Shown piece by piece: positions 29,811-40,413 of a stretch of 64,000 nucleotides of DNA. The DNA is from Bacillota bacterium. Lineage in GTDB: Bacteria > Bacillota > SHA-98 > Ch115. The notes below the pieces were generated by a model. The model was given only the letters and a program-made list of their open reading frames with translations. It was not told the DNA's origin and ran no database searches. A program made the translations under genes and the position numbers. The stretch is from NCBI GenBank assembly GCA_013178415.1, contig JABLXA010000017.1, positions 69,747-133,746 on the forward strand. The letters run 5' to 3'. The stretch's first letter is position 1. Each line of letters begins with the position of its first letter.

Positions 29811-30820
29811 GCGTGCGACGCCTCCCTGGCACTTACAGCTTGCTCCCATTCAAAGCAGGTGACGTAATGCCTGCCGTCGATCATTATAGGATCAGGCTCT
29901 TTTTCCTGACATCTCTCTGTCGCAATGGAACAGCGCTCCCTAAACTTGCATCCCTGAGGCAGGTTTACCAGGTCCGGAGGAAAACCAGGGATCGAGGAGA
30001 TGTCTTTGAACCCGCCCGACACTGTAGGGACGGCTCTTATCAGGCCAATGGTGTAAGGATGATGCGGATGATAAAAGATGTCGCCCACATTGCCTACCTC
30101 TACGATCTTCCCGGCATACATGGTCGCTACTCTATCCGCCAGTTCTGCCGCGAGGGAGAGATCATGAGATATAAAAATCATGGAAAACCCAAGCTCGCTC
30201 TTCAGCCGCCTGAGCAGGTCGATGATGGCCCTTTGGGTAAGAATGTCCAGGGCGGTTGTTGGCTCATCAAGCAGGAGGATCTGCGGGTCAAGCAAAAGGC
30301 TCATGGCGATCAGTACCCGTTGCCTCATCCCACCGCTCAATTCATGAGGATACGCATTGAACACCCTCTGGGGGTCGAGCTGCACCATTTTAAGAAGCTC
30401 GATGGCGCGGCCCCTCACAGCTCTCATGTCGGAAAGCCCGTGCGCCTTTGAAGTATCATAGAAGTGTTCTGATATGCGAAGTACCGGGTTGAAAGCATTG
30501 AGCGCCGACTGAAATACCATGGCGCACTCTTTCCAGCGGAATCTTCTGAGTTCTTCTGGATCAAGAGAAAGCACATCAATGCTCTTAGAATCTCGCCGGT
30601 AGAGGACCCGGCCGCCTTTAATGTGAGCGGCTTTAGGAAGCAACCTTATAAGAGCTGTCCCGAGGGTCGTCTTGCCTGAACCGCTCTCTCCGATAATAGC
30701 GAGGGTTTCGCCCTTCTTGAGTTCGAAACTCACTCCTCTTACGGCTTTCACGGCTCCGCGTCTCGAGGTGTACTCTACCTGCAAATCTTGGATTTCAAAT
30801 ATGGTCTCTTCCGGCATCAT
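29807..30820 (-). CDS. OppD/DppD-like ABC ATP-binding protein
   Basis: GESGSGKT, YPHELSGGMRQR and DEPTTALD motifs. Confidence 0.92.
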   Translation of the reverse strand: MMPEETIFEIQDLQVEYTSRRGAVKAVRGVSFELKKGETLAIIGESGSGKTTLGTALIRLLPKAAHIKGGRVLYRRDSKSIDVLSLDPEELRRFRWKECAMVFQSALNAFNPVLRISEHFYDTSKAHGLSDMRAVRGRAIELLKMVQLDPQRVFNAYPHELSGGMRQRVLIAMSLLLDPQILLLDEPTTALDILTQRAIIDLLRRLKSELGFSMIFISHDLSLAAELADRVATMYAGKIVEVGNVGDIFYHPHHPYTIGLIRAVPTVSGGFKDISSIPGFPPDLVNLPQGCKFRERCSIATERCQEKEPDPIMIDGRHYVTCFEWEQAVSAREASHA

Positions 30821-30848
30821 CCCGAACTCCTCTCCATGAGCAGAAAAC

Positions 30849-31817
30849 TCAATGGCTGCCTCTGAGCCTTGGATTGAATACCTCCTCCAGGGACCTGGTG
30901 AGGGAAACTAGCGACAACTGAAATAGCGCGATCATGGCAACCGGTGACAAGATATACCACAGACTATCCTTAAAGAAGATAGCTCCGCGCACCCAGGCCA
31001 GATTGATCATCACGCCCCAGTTGTTTGTGGCGAGGGGCACCAGGCCCAGGAGCACAAGGCCGACTTGGTCATAAATGGCATATGTTACAGCCAGGGTAAA
31101 ACTGATAATGATATAGGTCATCATATTGGGAAGGACTTCAGCAAATAGTATATGTGCGGTCCCGAGATCTAGAGCCCTTGCAGCTTCTACATAATCGCGC
31201 TGTTTCAGGGACAGAACCTGGGCGCGAACCGCTCTGAGGAGCGTTGGCCAGGCTAGAAGCCCCAAGAGAAGCGAAAGGAATATTGGGTTATTCAGCTTTA
31301 TAAAGCCAGCCAGCACCAAGAGTAGCGGAAATCGAGGTATGGTAAGAAATAGGTCTGTCACACTCATAATGAGCGAATCAAATAGACCCCCTGCAAATGC
31401 TGTAAGCGAGCCAAATGTGATGGCGATGAAGGTAGATATGGCAGCTGCTATGAAAGCTACGGTGAGCAACTCCCTCCCGCCATGAACGATCTGAGAAAAG
31501 ATGTCCCTGCCCTGGTGGTCGGTCCCGAGCGGGTGAGCAAGGGAAGGCGGATGATATATCATCCCGATATCGGCCGATGTGTCCAGTGGGATGAAATAAG
31601 GGCCTATATAACTGAAAAGGATGAAGAAAACGACCATTAGAAATCCCAGGAATCCCACCCGGTTTCTCGAAAGCAGCTTCAATATTTGAAATATGCCGCC
31701 AAACAGGTCCTTTATCCAAGAGATGATGGTGACATAGATTACGCTACCATTAGCGTTTGTGGCTTCGGCTGACTTCAAAGTTTCATTCACCTCCACCGAG
31801 CTGAATACGCGGGTCAA
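30849..31817 (-). CDS. OppC/DppC-like permease
   Basis: HPLGTDHQGRD and YVEAARALD (EAA) motifs; start uncertain. Confidence 0.88.
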   Translation of the reverse strand: MTRVFSSVEVNETLKSAEATNANGSVIYVTIISWIKDLFGGIFQILKLLSRNRVGFLGFLMVVFFILFSYIGPYFIPLDTSADIGMIYHPPSLAHPLGTDHQGRDIFSQIVHGGRELLTVAFIAAAISTFIAITFGSLTAFAGGLFDSLIMSVTDLFLTIPRFPLLLVLAGFIKLNNPIFLSLLLGLLAWPTLLRAVRAQVLSLKQRDYVEAARALDLGTAHILFAEVLPNMMTYIIISFTLAVTYAIYDQVGLVLLGLVPLATNNWGVMINLAWVRGAIFFKDSLWYILSPVAMIALFQLSLVSLTRSLEEVFNPRLRGSH

Positions 31818-32874
31818 GCTTGCTGTAAAGGAAATCTGCCAGGAGGTTCGCGACTACAACTGACATTGTGATGATCATAAATACCCCCTGCATTACCGGA
31901 TAATCTCTCTGGGCAATACTGTTGGCCAGCACCGCGCCAATTCCTTGATAGACGAAGATGCTCTCGATCAGCGCAGAACCGCCAACGATAAACCCGATGG
32001 AAACCGCTAGCTGGGTGAATAGGGGCAAGGAAGCGTTCCGGCCCACATATGCTGTAGTTATCCTGCCGGTCTTGAGACCCCGTGCATGGGCGACTGTCAC
32101 ATAATCTTCCTCCATGGTAGATAAAGTGCTTCCCTTCATGGCCAACATCCATCCCCCTGTGGTAGTCAGCACATAGGTCAAAATCGGCAGGAAAGCATGG
32201 AAGAGCACATCTTTAATAAACGCCAGGCTGAAACTGGGTTTCATCCCGGGAGAAAGCGAGCCCCTCATTGAATGAATAGGCAAGATTCCCCATTGAACTC
32301 CAAGAAAGACCACGATCAAAATGGCTATAAGATAATTGGGAATCGAGCTAAAGGCAGATGCAATCCCTGTCAGGACATGATCCATCATACTTTCCCTTCG
32401 GTAGGCTATCATCATCCCCAAGAATACACCCAGCATAAAGCTTATGCAGAGGGATATTCCTACACTGAAAAGGGTCCATGGGAGGAACTTCTTTATGATA
32501 GAAACCACGGGAGTGCCCTTTGAGAGGAAGGATTCGCCAAGGTCCCCTCTTATGAGGGCTCCGAGGAAATCAAAATACTGCAAGTATAGAGGAGCGTCAA
32601 GGTCGATGGAAAAAAGCGCCGCAGCCTGGTTTTTCGCGTCCTCATATGGAATGCCATATTGAGCTACAAGCTGGTTGATATAGATTTGAACAGGATTCCC
32701 GGGCATGAGTCGAATCAGAAAGAATGTCAGAGAGATTATGACAAAGATCGTGATGATCGCCTTGCCGAGCCGCCTGAGGAGATATGTGGAATACCTCCTC
32801 CTGGCTGGTCTCAATTTGACAACAAAATTACTAGCTCCGCCTGTTGCCGTTCCAGAAACTCCGGTCCTGCTCAT
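31783..32874 (-). CDS. OppB/DppB-like permease
   Basis: FFLIRLMPG, GDLGES, EDYVTVAHARG, RDYPVMQG and LDPRI motifs. Confidence 0.9.
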   Translation of the reverse strand: MSRTGVSGTATGGASNFVVKLRPARRRYSTYLLRRLGKAIITIFVIISLTFFLIRLMPGNPVQIYINQLVAQYGIPYEDAKNQAAALFSIDLDAPLYLQYFDFLGALIRGDLGESFLSKGTPVVSIIKKFLPWTLFSVGISLCISFMLGVFLGMMIAYRRESMMDHVLTGIASAFSSIPNYLIAILIVVFLGVQWGILPIHSMRGSLSPGMKPSFSLAFIKDVLFHAFLPILTYVLTTTGGWMLAMKGSTLSTMEEDYVTVAHARGLKTGRITTAYVGRNASLPLFTQLAVSIGFIVGGSALIESIFVYQGIGAVLANSIAQRDYPVMQGVFMIITMSVVVANLLADFLYSKLDPRIQLGGGE

Positions 32875-33115
32875 CGCGCACCCGATCCTTTCAATATGTT
32901 TCCTATAATTTACTTTTGACTATGTATCCATATGCCACAAAGATGCCAATTTCACGTCAGGGGAATTTCCCTCCAGGCTCTCTAGGGAAAAATTGTTCTC
33001 CGAGTGTAGACTGAAGAAGGAGTTTCCTTACACTATTAAAGAGATTCCTCATATGTTTAAGAATTCCTGCTAAGAATCAAACTTTTTTCCCAAGACAATT
33101 GTGGCATGAAACAAT

Positions 33116-33496
33116 GTGCAGACTTGCAGAGTACGATCAGAAAATCTGCAATTTAGATCCGCACATCATCTGGGCGAAAACCTGCTCATTCTTTATCGCG
33201 GGAGAGTTGTAGAACGAGGTGAGACAGCCGATATCTTGAAGTCTCCTGCTCATCCTTACAAGAAATTGCTCATAAAAGCGCTTTTGCCCCCTTACCCAGA
33301 CAGGAAAGTCCTGATTTCAGGAGAATTAAATCTTCGTGTGCCAAGTGAAGCCCTGGGTGGCGCAGACCATTCCTGTCCCTTTGCGGCTAGATGCCCGGAG
33401 GCTATGGATATACGCAAAACCAGGGCGCCGGGCACGATCACATTGCGGGGCGAGCATGAGGTAAGCTGTTTCTTGTGCGAAGAGAAAGTCTCATAG
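33116..33496 (+). pseudogene. 5'-truncated remnant of an Opp/Dpp ATP-binding subunit (C-terminal part only)
   Basis: ILYRGRVVE, PAHPY, CPFAARC and HEVSCFL present; no Walker A or signature motif. Confidence 0.75.
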
Positions 33497-33568
33497 CATA
33501 ACGAGAGAATCAGTTCCAAAAGGCGTATGCCGCCCGGCAGAGACACCAATAGAAAGGAGTCTTCGTCT

Positions 33569-34573
33569 ATGGTGGGTATCGCAATGTTGAGTTTCGCTCA
33601 TGTGCATGCTCCTGGATATGCCAAGCAGGTGCTCGAACAACCTGACGCAAAGTTGGTGGCCATATGGGATGAGGAGGAAGAACGCGGCCGGCAAGCAGCG
33701 GAGAGGTATGATGTGCCCTTCGAGCCAGATCTCGACAAGGTGCTCAGCAGGCCGGAGGTAGATGCTGTGGTCGTCGACACCCCAACATCGATGCACCCTG
33801 ATGTGATCATCGCTGCGGCAGAGGCAAAAAAGCATATCTTCACAGAGAAAGCGCTGGCCATTACAGTCAGGGAAGCTGACAGAATCGTAGAGGCTGTCAA
33901 AAGATCGGGAGTCAAATTCATGATATCCCTGCCCAACCGGTGCCGGCCAGATCGTATCTTCGCCAAGAGGGTCGTAGATGAGAAATTGATCGGAGATATC
34001 ACCATGGCTCGCCTTCGTGTAGCGCATTCAGCAGCTCTTGACTACTGGTGGAAGCCTGGTAACTGGTTCCGCGACCCCGCAAGGGCAGGAGGAGGAGCAT
34101 TCATCGACCTTGGCTGCCATACCTTGGATCTTGCGCTGTGGCTTCTTGGGCGGCCTAAGTCTGCCATGGCAAGACTCTCTAACTTCCTGGGGAACTATGA
34201 AGTAGATGACAATTCGGTGGCGATGATCGAATTCGAAAACAAGGCCATTGCCATGCTGGATGTCTCATGGGTGCACCGGGCCGGGACCAACACTATCGAG
34301 CTCTTTGGAACAGAAGGCTCCCTCGTTATTGGGTCTCCGGGAAACGAAGTCCAGATCATCAGCACAAAGCTGGCTCCTCAGGGGATCCAGGGATGGATAA
34401 ATCCCACAAAACTGCCTGATCCAACGCCGCTTCCCATGCGACAGTGGCTCGATGCCATAACCAAGGATACGCCAACCCTTATCACTATAGAAGATGGCCG
34501 AAATCTTACGGAAATCATCGAGGCATGCGCTATCTCATCTAGGGAGGGGCGCGCGGTAACGCTGCCACTTTAG
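33569..34573 (+). CDS. Gfo/Idh/MocA-family oxidoreductase
   Basis: HIFTEKALA, AGGGAFIDLGCH and ELFGTEG motifs; SD AAAGGAG. Confidence 0.9.
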   Translation: MVGIAMLSFAHVHAPGYAKQVLEQPDAKLVAIWDEEEERGRQAAERYDVPFEPDLDKVLSRPEVDAVVVDTPTSMHPDVIIAAAEAKKHIFTEKALAITVREADRIVEAVKRSGVKFMISLPNRCRPDRIFAKRVVDEKLIGDITMARLRVAHSAALDYWWKPGNWFRDPARAGGGAFIDLGCHTLDLALWLLGRPKSAMARLSNFLGNYEVDDNSVAMIEFENKAIAMLDVSWVHRAGTNTIELFGTEGSLVIGSPGNEVQIISTKLAPQGIQGWINPTKLPDPTPLPMRQWLDAITKDTPTLITIEDGRNLTEIIEACAISSREGRAVTLPL

Positions 34574-34624
34574 CGGAGCAGTGACGCTACCTCTGGCTAT
34601 AGTCCGGGATGCGACGGCCCCTGG

Positions 34625-35446
34625 TCAGCACCCTGTCTTCTTGGGAACCAGATCTGCAACGCTATCCAGAACGAAATCCGGCCGGATATTGGAATGCTCG
34701 AGATCAGCCCTGGTGGTAACGCCAGTAAGCACCAGGGCTGTTTTCATTCCTGCATTTATGCCCATGACCATATCCGTTTCCAGGCGATCGCCCACCATGA
34801 GACAATCAGAGGCAGCGAGGCCCAGGCGTTTCAGGGCGATTTCCACCGTGATCTTTGATGGTTTCCCTATCACAACCTCAACCTTCCTCCCGGTGGTCCC
34901 CTCAATCGCCCCGATCATGCCGGCCGCGTCCGGTATCTCGCCGCCCTCAACGGGACAGCTCCGATCGGCGTTGGTGGCAACGAAGTGCGCCCCTCGTTTG
35001 ATCGCCTGAAAAGCGCAATTGAGTTTGGTATAGTCAAAAGTCCGGTCGAAGGCCGCAACCACATAATCTACCGCGTATCCTACAGCGGCTGGGTCATCAA
35101 CCACAATAAGGCCGGCCTTCTTGAGTTCCCTAATAAGGGGCGGTTCTCCGATGGCGTATACCCTGCACCCCGGGGAAATTCCGGAAAGGTAGGAAGCCAT
35201 GACATAGGACGAATTTATGACATCCGCCGGGTCCGTCGGGATGCCCAGCCGGGTGAGTTTCGCCGCGTAGTCCTCCCTGTTTTCGAGAGGTTTATTTGAT
35301 AGGAAGACGAGCCGCCGACCAAGGCCACGCAAAAACGCAATTGTATCTGAAGCGCCTGGAATGAGCTTGTCCCCGCGATAGATGGTCCCGTCTAGGTCAA
35401 ATATGTATCCATCGAACAGGCAAATTTCAGTTTCAGAATCACGCAT
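34625..35446 (-). CDS. HAD-IIA hydrolase (NagD-like phosphatase)
   Basis: FDLDGT, LSN, GKPS and VGDRLETD motifs. Confidence 0.9.
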   Translation of the reverse strand: MRDSETEICLFDGYIFDLDGTIYRGDKLIPGASDTIAFLRGLGRRLVFLSNKPLENREDYAAKLTRLGIPTDPADVINSSYVMASYLSGISPGCRVYAIGEPPLIRELKKAGLIVVDDPAAVGYAVDYVVAAFDRTFDYTKLNCAFQAIKRGAHFVATNADRSCPVEGGEIPDAAGMIGAIEGTTGRKVEVVIGKPSKITVEIALKRLGLAASDCLMVGDRLETDMVMGINAGMKTALVLTGVTTRADLEHSNIRPDFVLDSVADLVPKKTGC

Positions 35447-35514
35447 GAAATGATCCCCTCTCTGTGCTTAGAAAGATGCCGCGAGGCTGCCGATAAGAAT
35501 ATGGAAATCTGATC

Positions 35515-37680
35515 CTATCTAGATTCGGCGTCAAATATCAAATCCCCGAAAAATGATGGAGCATGGAAGGTTCCGGGGGTGAAGGACCAGCCGCTGAATT
35601 CTCCAGATCGGATGGCGCTCCTGTTGAAATTGACCCCCCAGATATCCCCGGGCTTGGGAAACCTGCGCGAGATCTCCCGAATTGGCACGGCAATCTCAAC
35701 ACTCCAACCTTCGGCAGTTTTTGCGGCCGCCGCTCTCCAGTCGCCATTCCATGCCGGGCCAAGCCTTGAATAGCTGTCGTATTGCGTGCCAAGGGAGTTG
35801 ACGGCGAAATGATAGTAGAAGCTATGATCATGCCCGGGATCCAAAAATAGCTCAACAGAATCATCATAGAATACAGGACCATCTCTTTTGATAACAGAAG
35901 CGATAGTGGATCCTGGCGCCGATTCCCTGACATCATAGGCTACATAGAGATTATCATCATCATAGGATACGGCTATCCGGGTCTCCTCCTCAGCCCTCCC
36001 CTCTCCTGTAATGACTTCAAATCCACCCTGCCAATCGGCGCCGTTCCAGGCCAAATCATCGAGGTCCCCATCGATAATAGGCGGCATTTGGGTATATACC
36101 GCCCTGATAATCCGTGGGGTCCCGCATTTGCGAAACGATGAAGATGTGGCGAGAGTCATGACCGATCCCTCCCCGCAGGGCTCCGACCCAGCAAATCCAG
36201 CCTCAGCAGATTCCGCCCTGGCAGGCTCAGCCTGGCCGGACCGAACCCCGGCAATCCCGGCTCTGGCTATCCTGTCTTCACTCCCGCGAGCAGGGGCGCG
36301 CGTGGCAAAAGGCCCTGTTTTGAGGGCTTGGAGATATAAATCTGTCAAATATGGATACGCGAAAATAACTACCCCGGAGATATTAGAATTGGATCCGCGA
36401 CCCAACTGAGAGGCGCTGGAGCCGGTTTGTTGCTCTATCTTCGAGACGTGGGCGCCGATCCTCCGGATCTCCTCAATCTGCTGGACTAGCGCATCAGCCC
36501 CCGGCAGATTGAACCCTTGAAGCCCTATATACATCGGGATACCGCCTTGCGCGAAGTATCTCGTCCAAACCAGCAAACCTTTCATCTCGCTTACCCGCGA
36601 GCTGTATGCCATGGGGATCAAGGCGTCTATATAACCCGCCCGCACCCATTCCGGCCAATCCTGCAAAAATCCCGGGTTCAACTCCAGCGGCATTCCTCGA
36701 GGCATCACAGCGCAAGTAAGCTCAACATCTGGCCTTATATTGCGCACTCGTTCTGAAATAGCCCTGACAACGCCGGTTACAGAATCAGCGCGCAGCTTAT
36801 TCCAGGCCCTGAACTCTTCTGGGTTAAAAAGTGGATCCAGATCCAGCGGATCGATCCCATATTCCTTTTGAAATTCCTCCCGATGCGCCAGGCTGTAGCA
36901 GGTATCAGCGGCGGCAGGGTCAGGGAAACGAATGTAATCAAGGTGAATCCCATCAACGTCGTATTTCTCCACGGCCTCTCCTATGAGGTCAGCGTAAAAC
37001 TCGGGGACTCCAGGATGCATCGGGCAGACCCAGAAGAACCGGTTCGCGCCCTGCTTGTACCCCTGCTCTCCGCTCCTGCTGATGGCCGTCCATTCGGGAT
37101 ATCTGGTCAGTACAGGTCCTGGAGAGTTCAGACCCACATAGAACATGCTGAACCAAGCATGAATCTCCATGGAGCGGCTATGGGCCAGCCGCAGGAATTC
37201 TTTTAGAGGATCGAAGCCTTTAAAGGTAGGCATCTGCGCCGGCATTCCACGCGAACGCAGGATGGCTGATGGATAAATAGTCTGCCCCTGGTAAAACGCC
37301 TCCACAAAGATGGCGTTAAAACCTGCATCGTGAAGCCGTTCAACGAGGGTCTGAATTCCAGCGGAGTCACCGGGAATGCTTTTTGCGTTGACCCACACGC
37401 CCCGAAGCTCTGGAAGGACGCTGGCGCCGCAGGAATCCGGGAGGCTATGGCTATCATGCCGCGCGGGAAAGCTACCATTCAGCCCTTGATTGACACCCCT
37501 CGAATCGGGATGGTGTTTGGGAACAGAAGTATCAGAAAGCTCGGAATGATCAGGAGGATCCGCAAATCCATGAGCGAAGAACCGGGCAGACGTGCTAATA
37601 GGTGGAAATAAGATCAGCAAGGCTGAAATCATAGTATATACCAAGAATTTACCACGGGACCAATGGGAAATCTGCTTCAA
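35515..37680 (-). CDS. Secreted GHL10 (DUF187/YddW-like) glycoside hydrolase with a C-terminal CBM9-like domain
   Basis: Signal peptide; LRGVWV, IHAWF and DGIHLDYIRFP; C-terminal IDGDLDD...YDDDNLYV...DSVELFLDP...EIAVP...WGVNFNR. Confidence 0.78.
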   Translation of the reverse strand: MKQISHWSRGKFLVYTMISALLILFPPISTSARFFAHGFADPPDHSELSDTSVPKHHPDSRGVNQGLNGSFPARHDSHSLPDSCGASVLPELRGVWVNAKSIPGDSAGIQTLVERLHDAGFNAIFVEAFYQGQTIYPSAILRSRGMPAQMPTFKGFDPLKEFLRLAHSRSMEIHAWFSMFYVGLNSPGPVLTRYPEWTAISRSGEQGYKQGANRFFWVCPMHPGVPEFYADLIGEAVEKYDVDGIHLDYIRFPDPAAADTCYSLAHREEFQKEYGIDPLDLDPLFNPEEFRAWNKLRADSVTGVVRAISERVRNIRPDVELTCAVMPRGMPLELNPGFLQDWPEWVRAGYIDALIPMAYSSRVSEMKGLLVWTRYFAQGGIPMYIGLQGFNLPGADALVQQIEEIRRIGAHVSKIEQQTGSSASQLGRGSNSNISGVVIFAYPYLTDLYLQALKTGPFATRAPARGSEDRIARAGIAGVRSGQAEPARAESAEAGFAGSEPCGEGSVMTLATSSSFRKCGTPRIIRAVYTQMPPIIDGDLDDLAWNGADWQGGFEVITGEGRAEEETRIAVSYDDDNLYVAYDVRESAPGSTIASVIKRDGPVFYDDSVELFLDPGHDHSFYYHFAVNSLGTQYDSYSRLGPAWNGDWRAAAAKTAEGWSVEIAVPIREISRRFPKPGDIWGVNFNRSAIRSGEFSGWSFTPGTFHAPSFFGDLIFDAESR

Positions 37681-37715
37681 ATCGCTACCCCCTCCCCGGT
37701 CATGGCTCTTTCTGT

Positions 37716-38318
37716 TCAGGCCGCCGACGGCACGGATGAATAATCTATTCCCAGGGCTCTTGCAAGGGGCACGAAGTGATCAGCAAACGCCGAATATGGC
37801 ACATATGAGGGCGAACTGGAAAGAGTAGCCATAGTCGGGGTAATGTTAAAGATAGGCAACTCTGCGAATGGTCTCATCTCCAGAGGAAGCCCCCGGTACA
37901 TTCCGCCCGCGACAGACCTAAAAGCATCTTCGGCTGTCGGATGATGAGGATTATCATAGAACCACGATGGCACTACCCAGATTACTCTCCCTACAAGTCC
38001 CTGCTTGATAGCTTTCAAAAGGAAATTCCCGCAATGAACGATCTCAGGCAGGCTATGGTAACAATCAGAATGCGCATCGAAATGTAACACTGTGGCTCTT
38101 CGAAGGCCTGCCTTCTTCCAGCAAAAGTATGCCTCCCTATGGTCGGCCATCCCCACCGCTGCAAGCGGAGGCAGCTCGATTTTGGCTGCGGAAAGCCTTG
38201 ACAAGAAATCCTGAGGCGATATCCATGCCTTAAACTGCCCGGGGTTGAGTACCCCACGATGGTAGATAGGCGGCCCGTAAAAGAAATCTACGTCAACGTC
38301 TACGAGAAGATCAAACAT
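37716..38318 (-). CDS. UPF0489/ureohydrolase-like metal-binding protein
   Basis: VDVDVDFF, DHREAY, HFDAHSD and CGNF motifs. Confidence 0.6.
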   Translation of the reverse strand: MFDLLVDVDVDFFYGPPIYHRGVLNPGQFKAWISPQDFLSRLSAAKIELPPLAAVGMADHREAYFCWKKAGLRRATVLHFDAHSDCYHSLPEIVHCGNFLLKAIKQGLVGRVIWVVPSWFYDNPHHPTAEDAFRSVAGGMYRGLPLEMRPFAELPIFNITPTMATLSSSPSYVPYSAFADHFVPLARALGIDYSSVPSAA

Positions 38319-38469
38319 ATCTTGATCACTCGCTTAGCATTGCAAGCCACTGCCTCTAGGTGTGGCATGGCTGACCGTAAGACTTCTAGCGGCTATCTCC
38401 TTCGTCCGGCACGACTTCTTGCTTCCCAACAAAATACCGGTATCTCAGATGATTACAAAAATTAGTATA

Positions 38470-40413
38470 TCATATCTCCCATGGGAATTTACACCCTATC
38501 AAATCAGACAGTCCATGGTGAAATCTGTCTCCGGTGGATATCACAAAGTGAGCTTCCACTGGCTTTTGAGTCCTCGCTATCTTTACAAAGAACTGATTCC
38601 AGCCTTCCCTCAGGGTCGCGTCTGCATAACTCCTCCCGTCGCCGCCATAGTTGGGCCTCAGAATCCCCTCACCCCTTGCCTCGCAAATCAGGTTCCCGTT
38701 TAGCCACAGCTTGAAGGGGCATGTGGAAGGCAGACCTACCCAGACCGGCCTAGAAGATGGACTATGAACATAATGTCTCAAGTATATTACGCCAGGTTCA
38801 TTCTTGAAGAGACCTTCAATCTTGAGCTCATTTTCAGGGAAATTAACCTCGATCCACCCTTCCCCGACCCCGGAAGGTTCGGCATTCTCTTCTGCAGGGA
38901 GAATCGTATCTATATCCCCGTCAAACCTTTCGGAAACCAGCCACTTGTTAGCTCCCACGAAAACTATGGGCACATCTTCCACTTGTGGTCGCTGCGCCGG
39001 CCTTATTCTAACGCTTCCACGGTTGGATATATCGAGTGCTCTCGCAGTGCAGACCCTTATAGCAAAACTGCGCCTGGCCTCCTGGTTTGGCTCTAAAAGA
39101 ACTCGCTGCACAAGTGGGGAAACCTCCCACCCCTCTGGGAATAGGAGCGATACCTCGGCTTCAAACATAGTGAGCGTGGCATTCCTCAAGATTATATCAA
39201 CCTTCCTGACTTCTTTTGTCGAAATGGCCGGTCCTTCCACGTAATCTATCGAAACGGTCAGCGTCCCAAGGTCGAAATCCACGCGAGTGGGAGGAGCAGA
39301 CCAAAGCATCCTCGTCCGTTCCCCGGGCTCTAGAGTTAAGGCCATATCTCCATGCAGGACTATCGAATTCCCATTCAGACGCGTCAACTCCGCCTGGCAG
39401 GCTTGGCCGGCTATTGAATTCCCATGGAGAGCCATTATCTGTTTTCCGATACGACATACCCTTTTTGTAAGCTCATCCAGGTCTCGAGGTTCCCTTACAT
39501 TCTTGATTCCCTCCCAGGAGGAATTGGTGGCAATCCTATCACTCAAAGGTTCGACCCACTTCTTGGGGATGCCGTCCTTACCTAGGATGATTCCGAGCAG
39601 GGCCCCAACCGTCGCCCCCGTGCAATCAGTGTCATAGCCGCAATTCACTGCCTTGCAGATTGCGTCCCCGAAATCCTCTCCATAGAGCAGACCTATTGTC
39701 TGGAACCCCAGATTCACAGGTGAATACTGAGCAATAGGGCTATAAGACTCTTTTAAGACGAAGTTCCTTGCGTCTTTCCAATTCAGCCCATCTTTATATG
39801 CCTTGATAGCATTTCTGATTGCTTTTGCAGTCTCGCAATTCTCTGGAATAAAGGACAGGCCTATCTCCAGGAGCTTCTCCTTGTCACTTGTCACAAACGC
39901 CGCAGACTGCATCGCCGCATTGAACATCTCGCCATAGACTGATTCTCCGCCGGCATGATCAACTATAGCATCCTCGTAGGCATAAGAGGCTGCCACATCC
40001 GGCAATCCCGGCGCTATGCACGCCCATATCTCAGAGCGTATTGGGCTCCCCATGCAATGCTTGAACCAATTGTTGAAATATCCTGAGATCGGCGGCAAAA
40101 GGCCTTTCCTGAGGTTGGTCTTGTGAAGGCCGTATTCATCGAAGTTATACTGGATGCAGTCCAGCCAGTAACGGGCGAGATCCCGCGCCTTGATATCGAG
40201 CCCTCTATCTTCTAGCGCCTGGAGCCAGATGAGCTGAAGCTCCAGGTCGTCATTGGGGATCCCACCTTCTACTATCCTCGGATACCACCATACATCGAAA
40301 AGCTCTTCTTTCCCCCACATACCCTCAAGCGGAGTTCCAAGCGTACCCCCGCAATTCTTGCCTAGCCAGCAGCCATAGACTTTGTCGTAGTATTCGTCTT
40401 CGTTCAGGAACAT
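38470..40413 (-). CDS. ADP-ribosylglycohydrolase-family protein with C-terminal beta-sandwich domains
   Basis: YGCWLGKNCGGTLG, PNDDLEL, IRSEIWA and GYDTDCTGATVG motifs; about 300-aa C-terminal extension. Confidence 0.8.
   Translation of the reverse strand: MFLNEDEYYDKVYGCWLGKNCGGTLGTPLEGMWGKEELFDVWWYPRIVEGGIPNDDLELQLIWLQALEDRGLDIKARDLARYWLDCIQYNFDEYGLHKTNLRKGLLPPISGYFNNWFKHCMGSPIRSEIWACIAPGLPDVAASYAYEDAIVDHAGGESVYGEMFNAAMQSAAFVTSDKEKLLEIGLSFIPENCETAKAIRNAIKAYKDGLNWKDARNFVLKESYSPIAQYSPVNLGFQTIGLLYGEDFGDAICKAVNCGYDTDCTGATVGALLGIILGKDGIPKKWVEPLSDRIATNSSWEGIKNVREPRDLDELTKRVCRIGKQIMALHGNSIAGQACQAELTRLNGNSIVLHGDMALTLEPGERTRMLWSAPPTRVDFDLGTLTVSIDYVEGPAISTKEVRKVDIILRNATLTMFEAEVSLLFPEGWEVSPLVQRVLLEPNQEARRSFAIRVCTARALDISNRGSVRIRPAQRPQVEDVPIVFVGANKWLVSERFDGDIDTILPAEENAEPSGVGEGWIEVNFPENELKIEGLFKNEPGVIYLRHYVHSPSSRPVWVGLPSTCPFKLWLNGNLICEARGEGILRPNYGGDGRSYADATLREGWNQFFVKIARTQKPVEAHFVISTGDRFHHGLSDLIGCKFPWEI

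Noticed and set aside
32932-33107. 9-bp inverted repeat ATGCCACAA/TTGTGGCAT around a divergent promoter region, with repeated TTCC motifs
   Set aside because: Too short to separate a MITE or operator from chance, and no target duplication was seen
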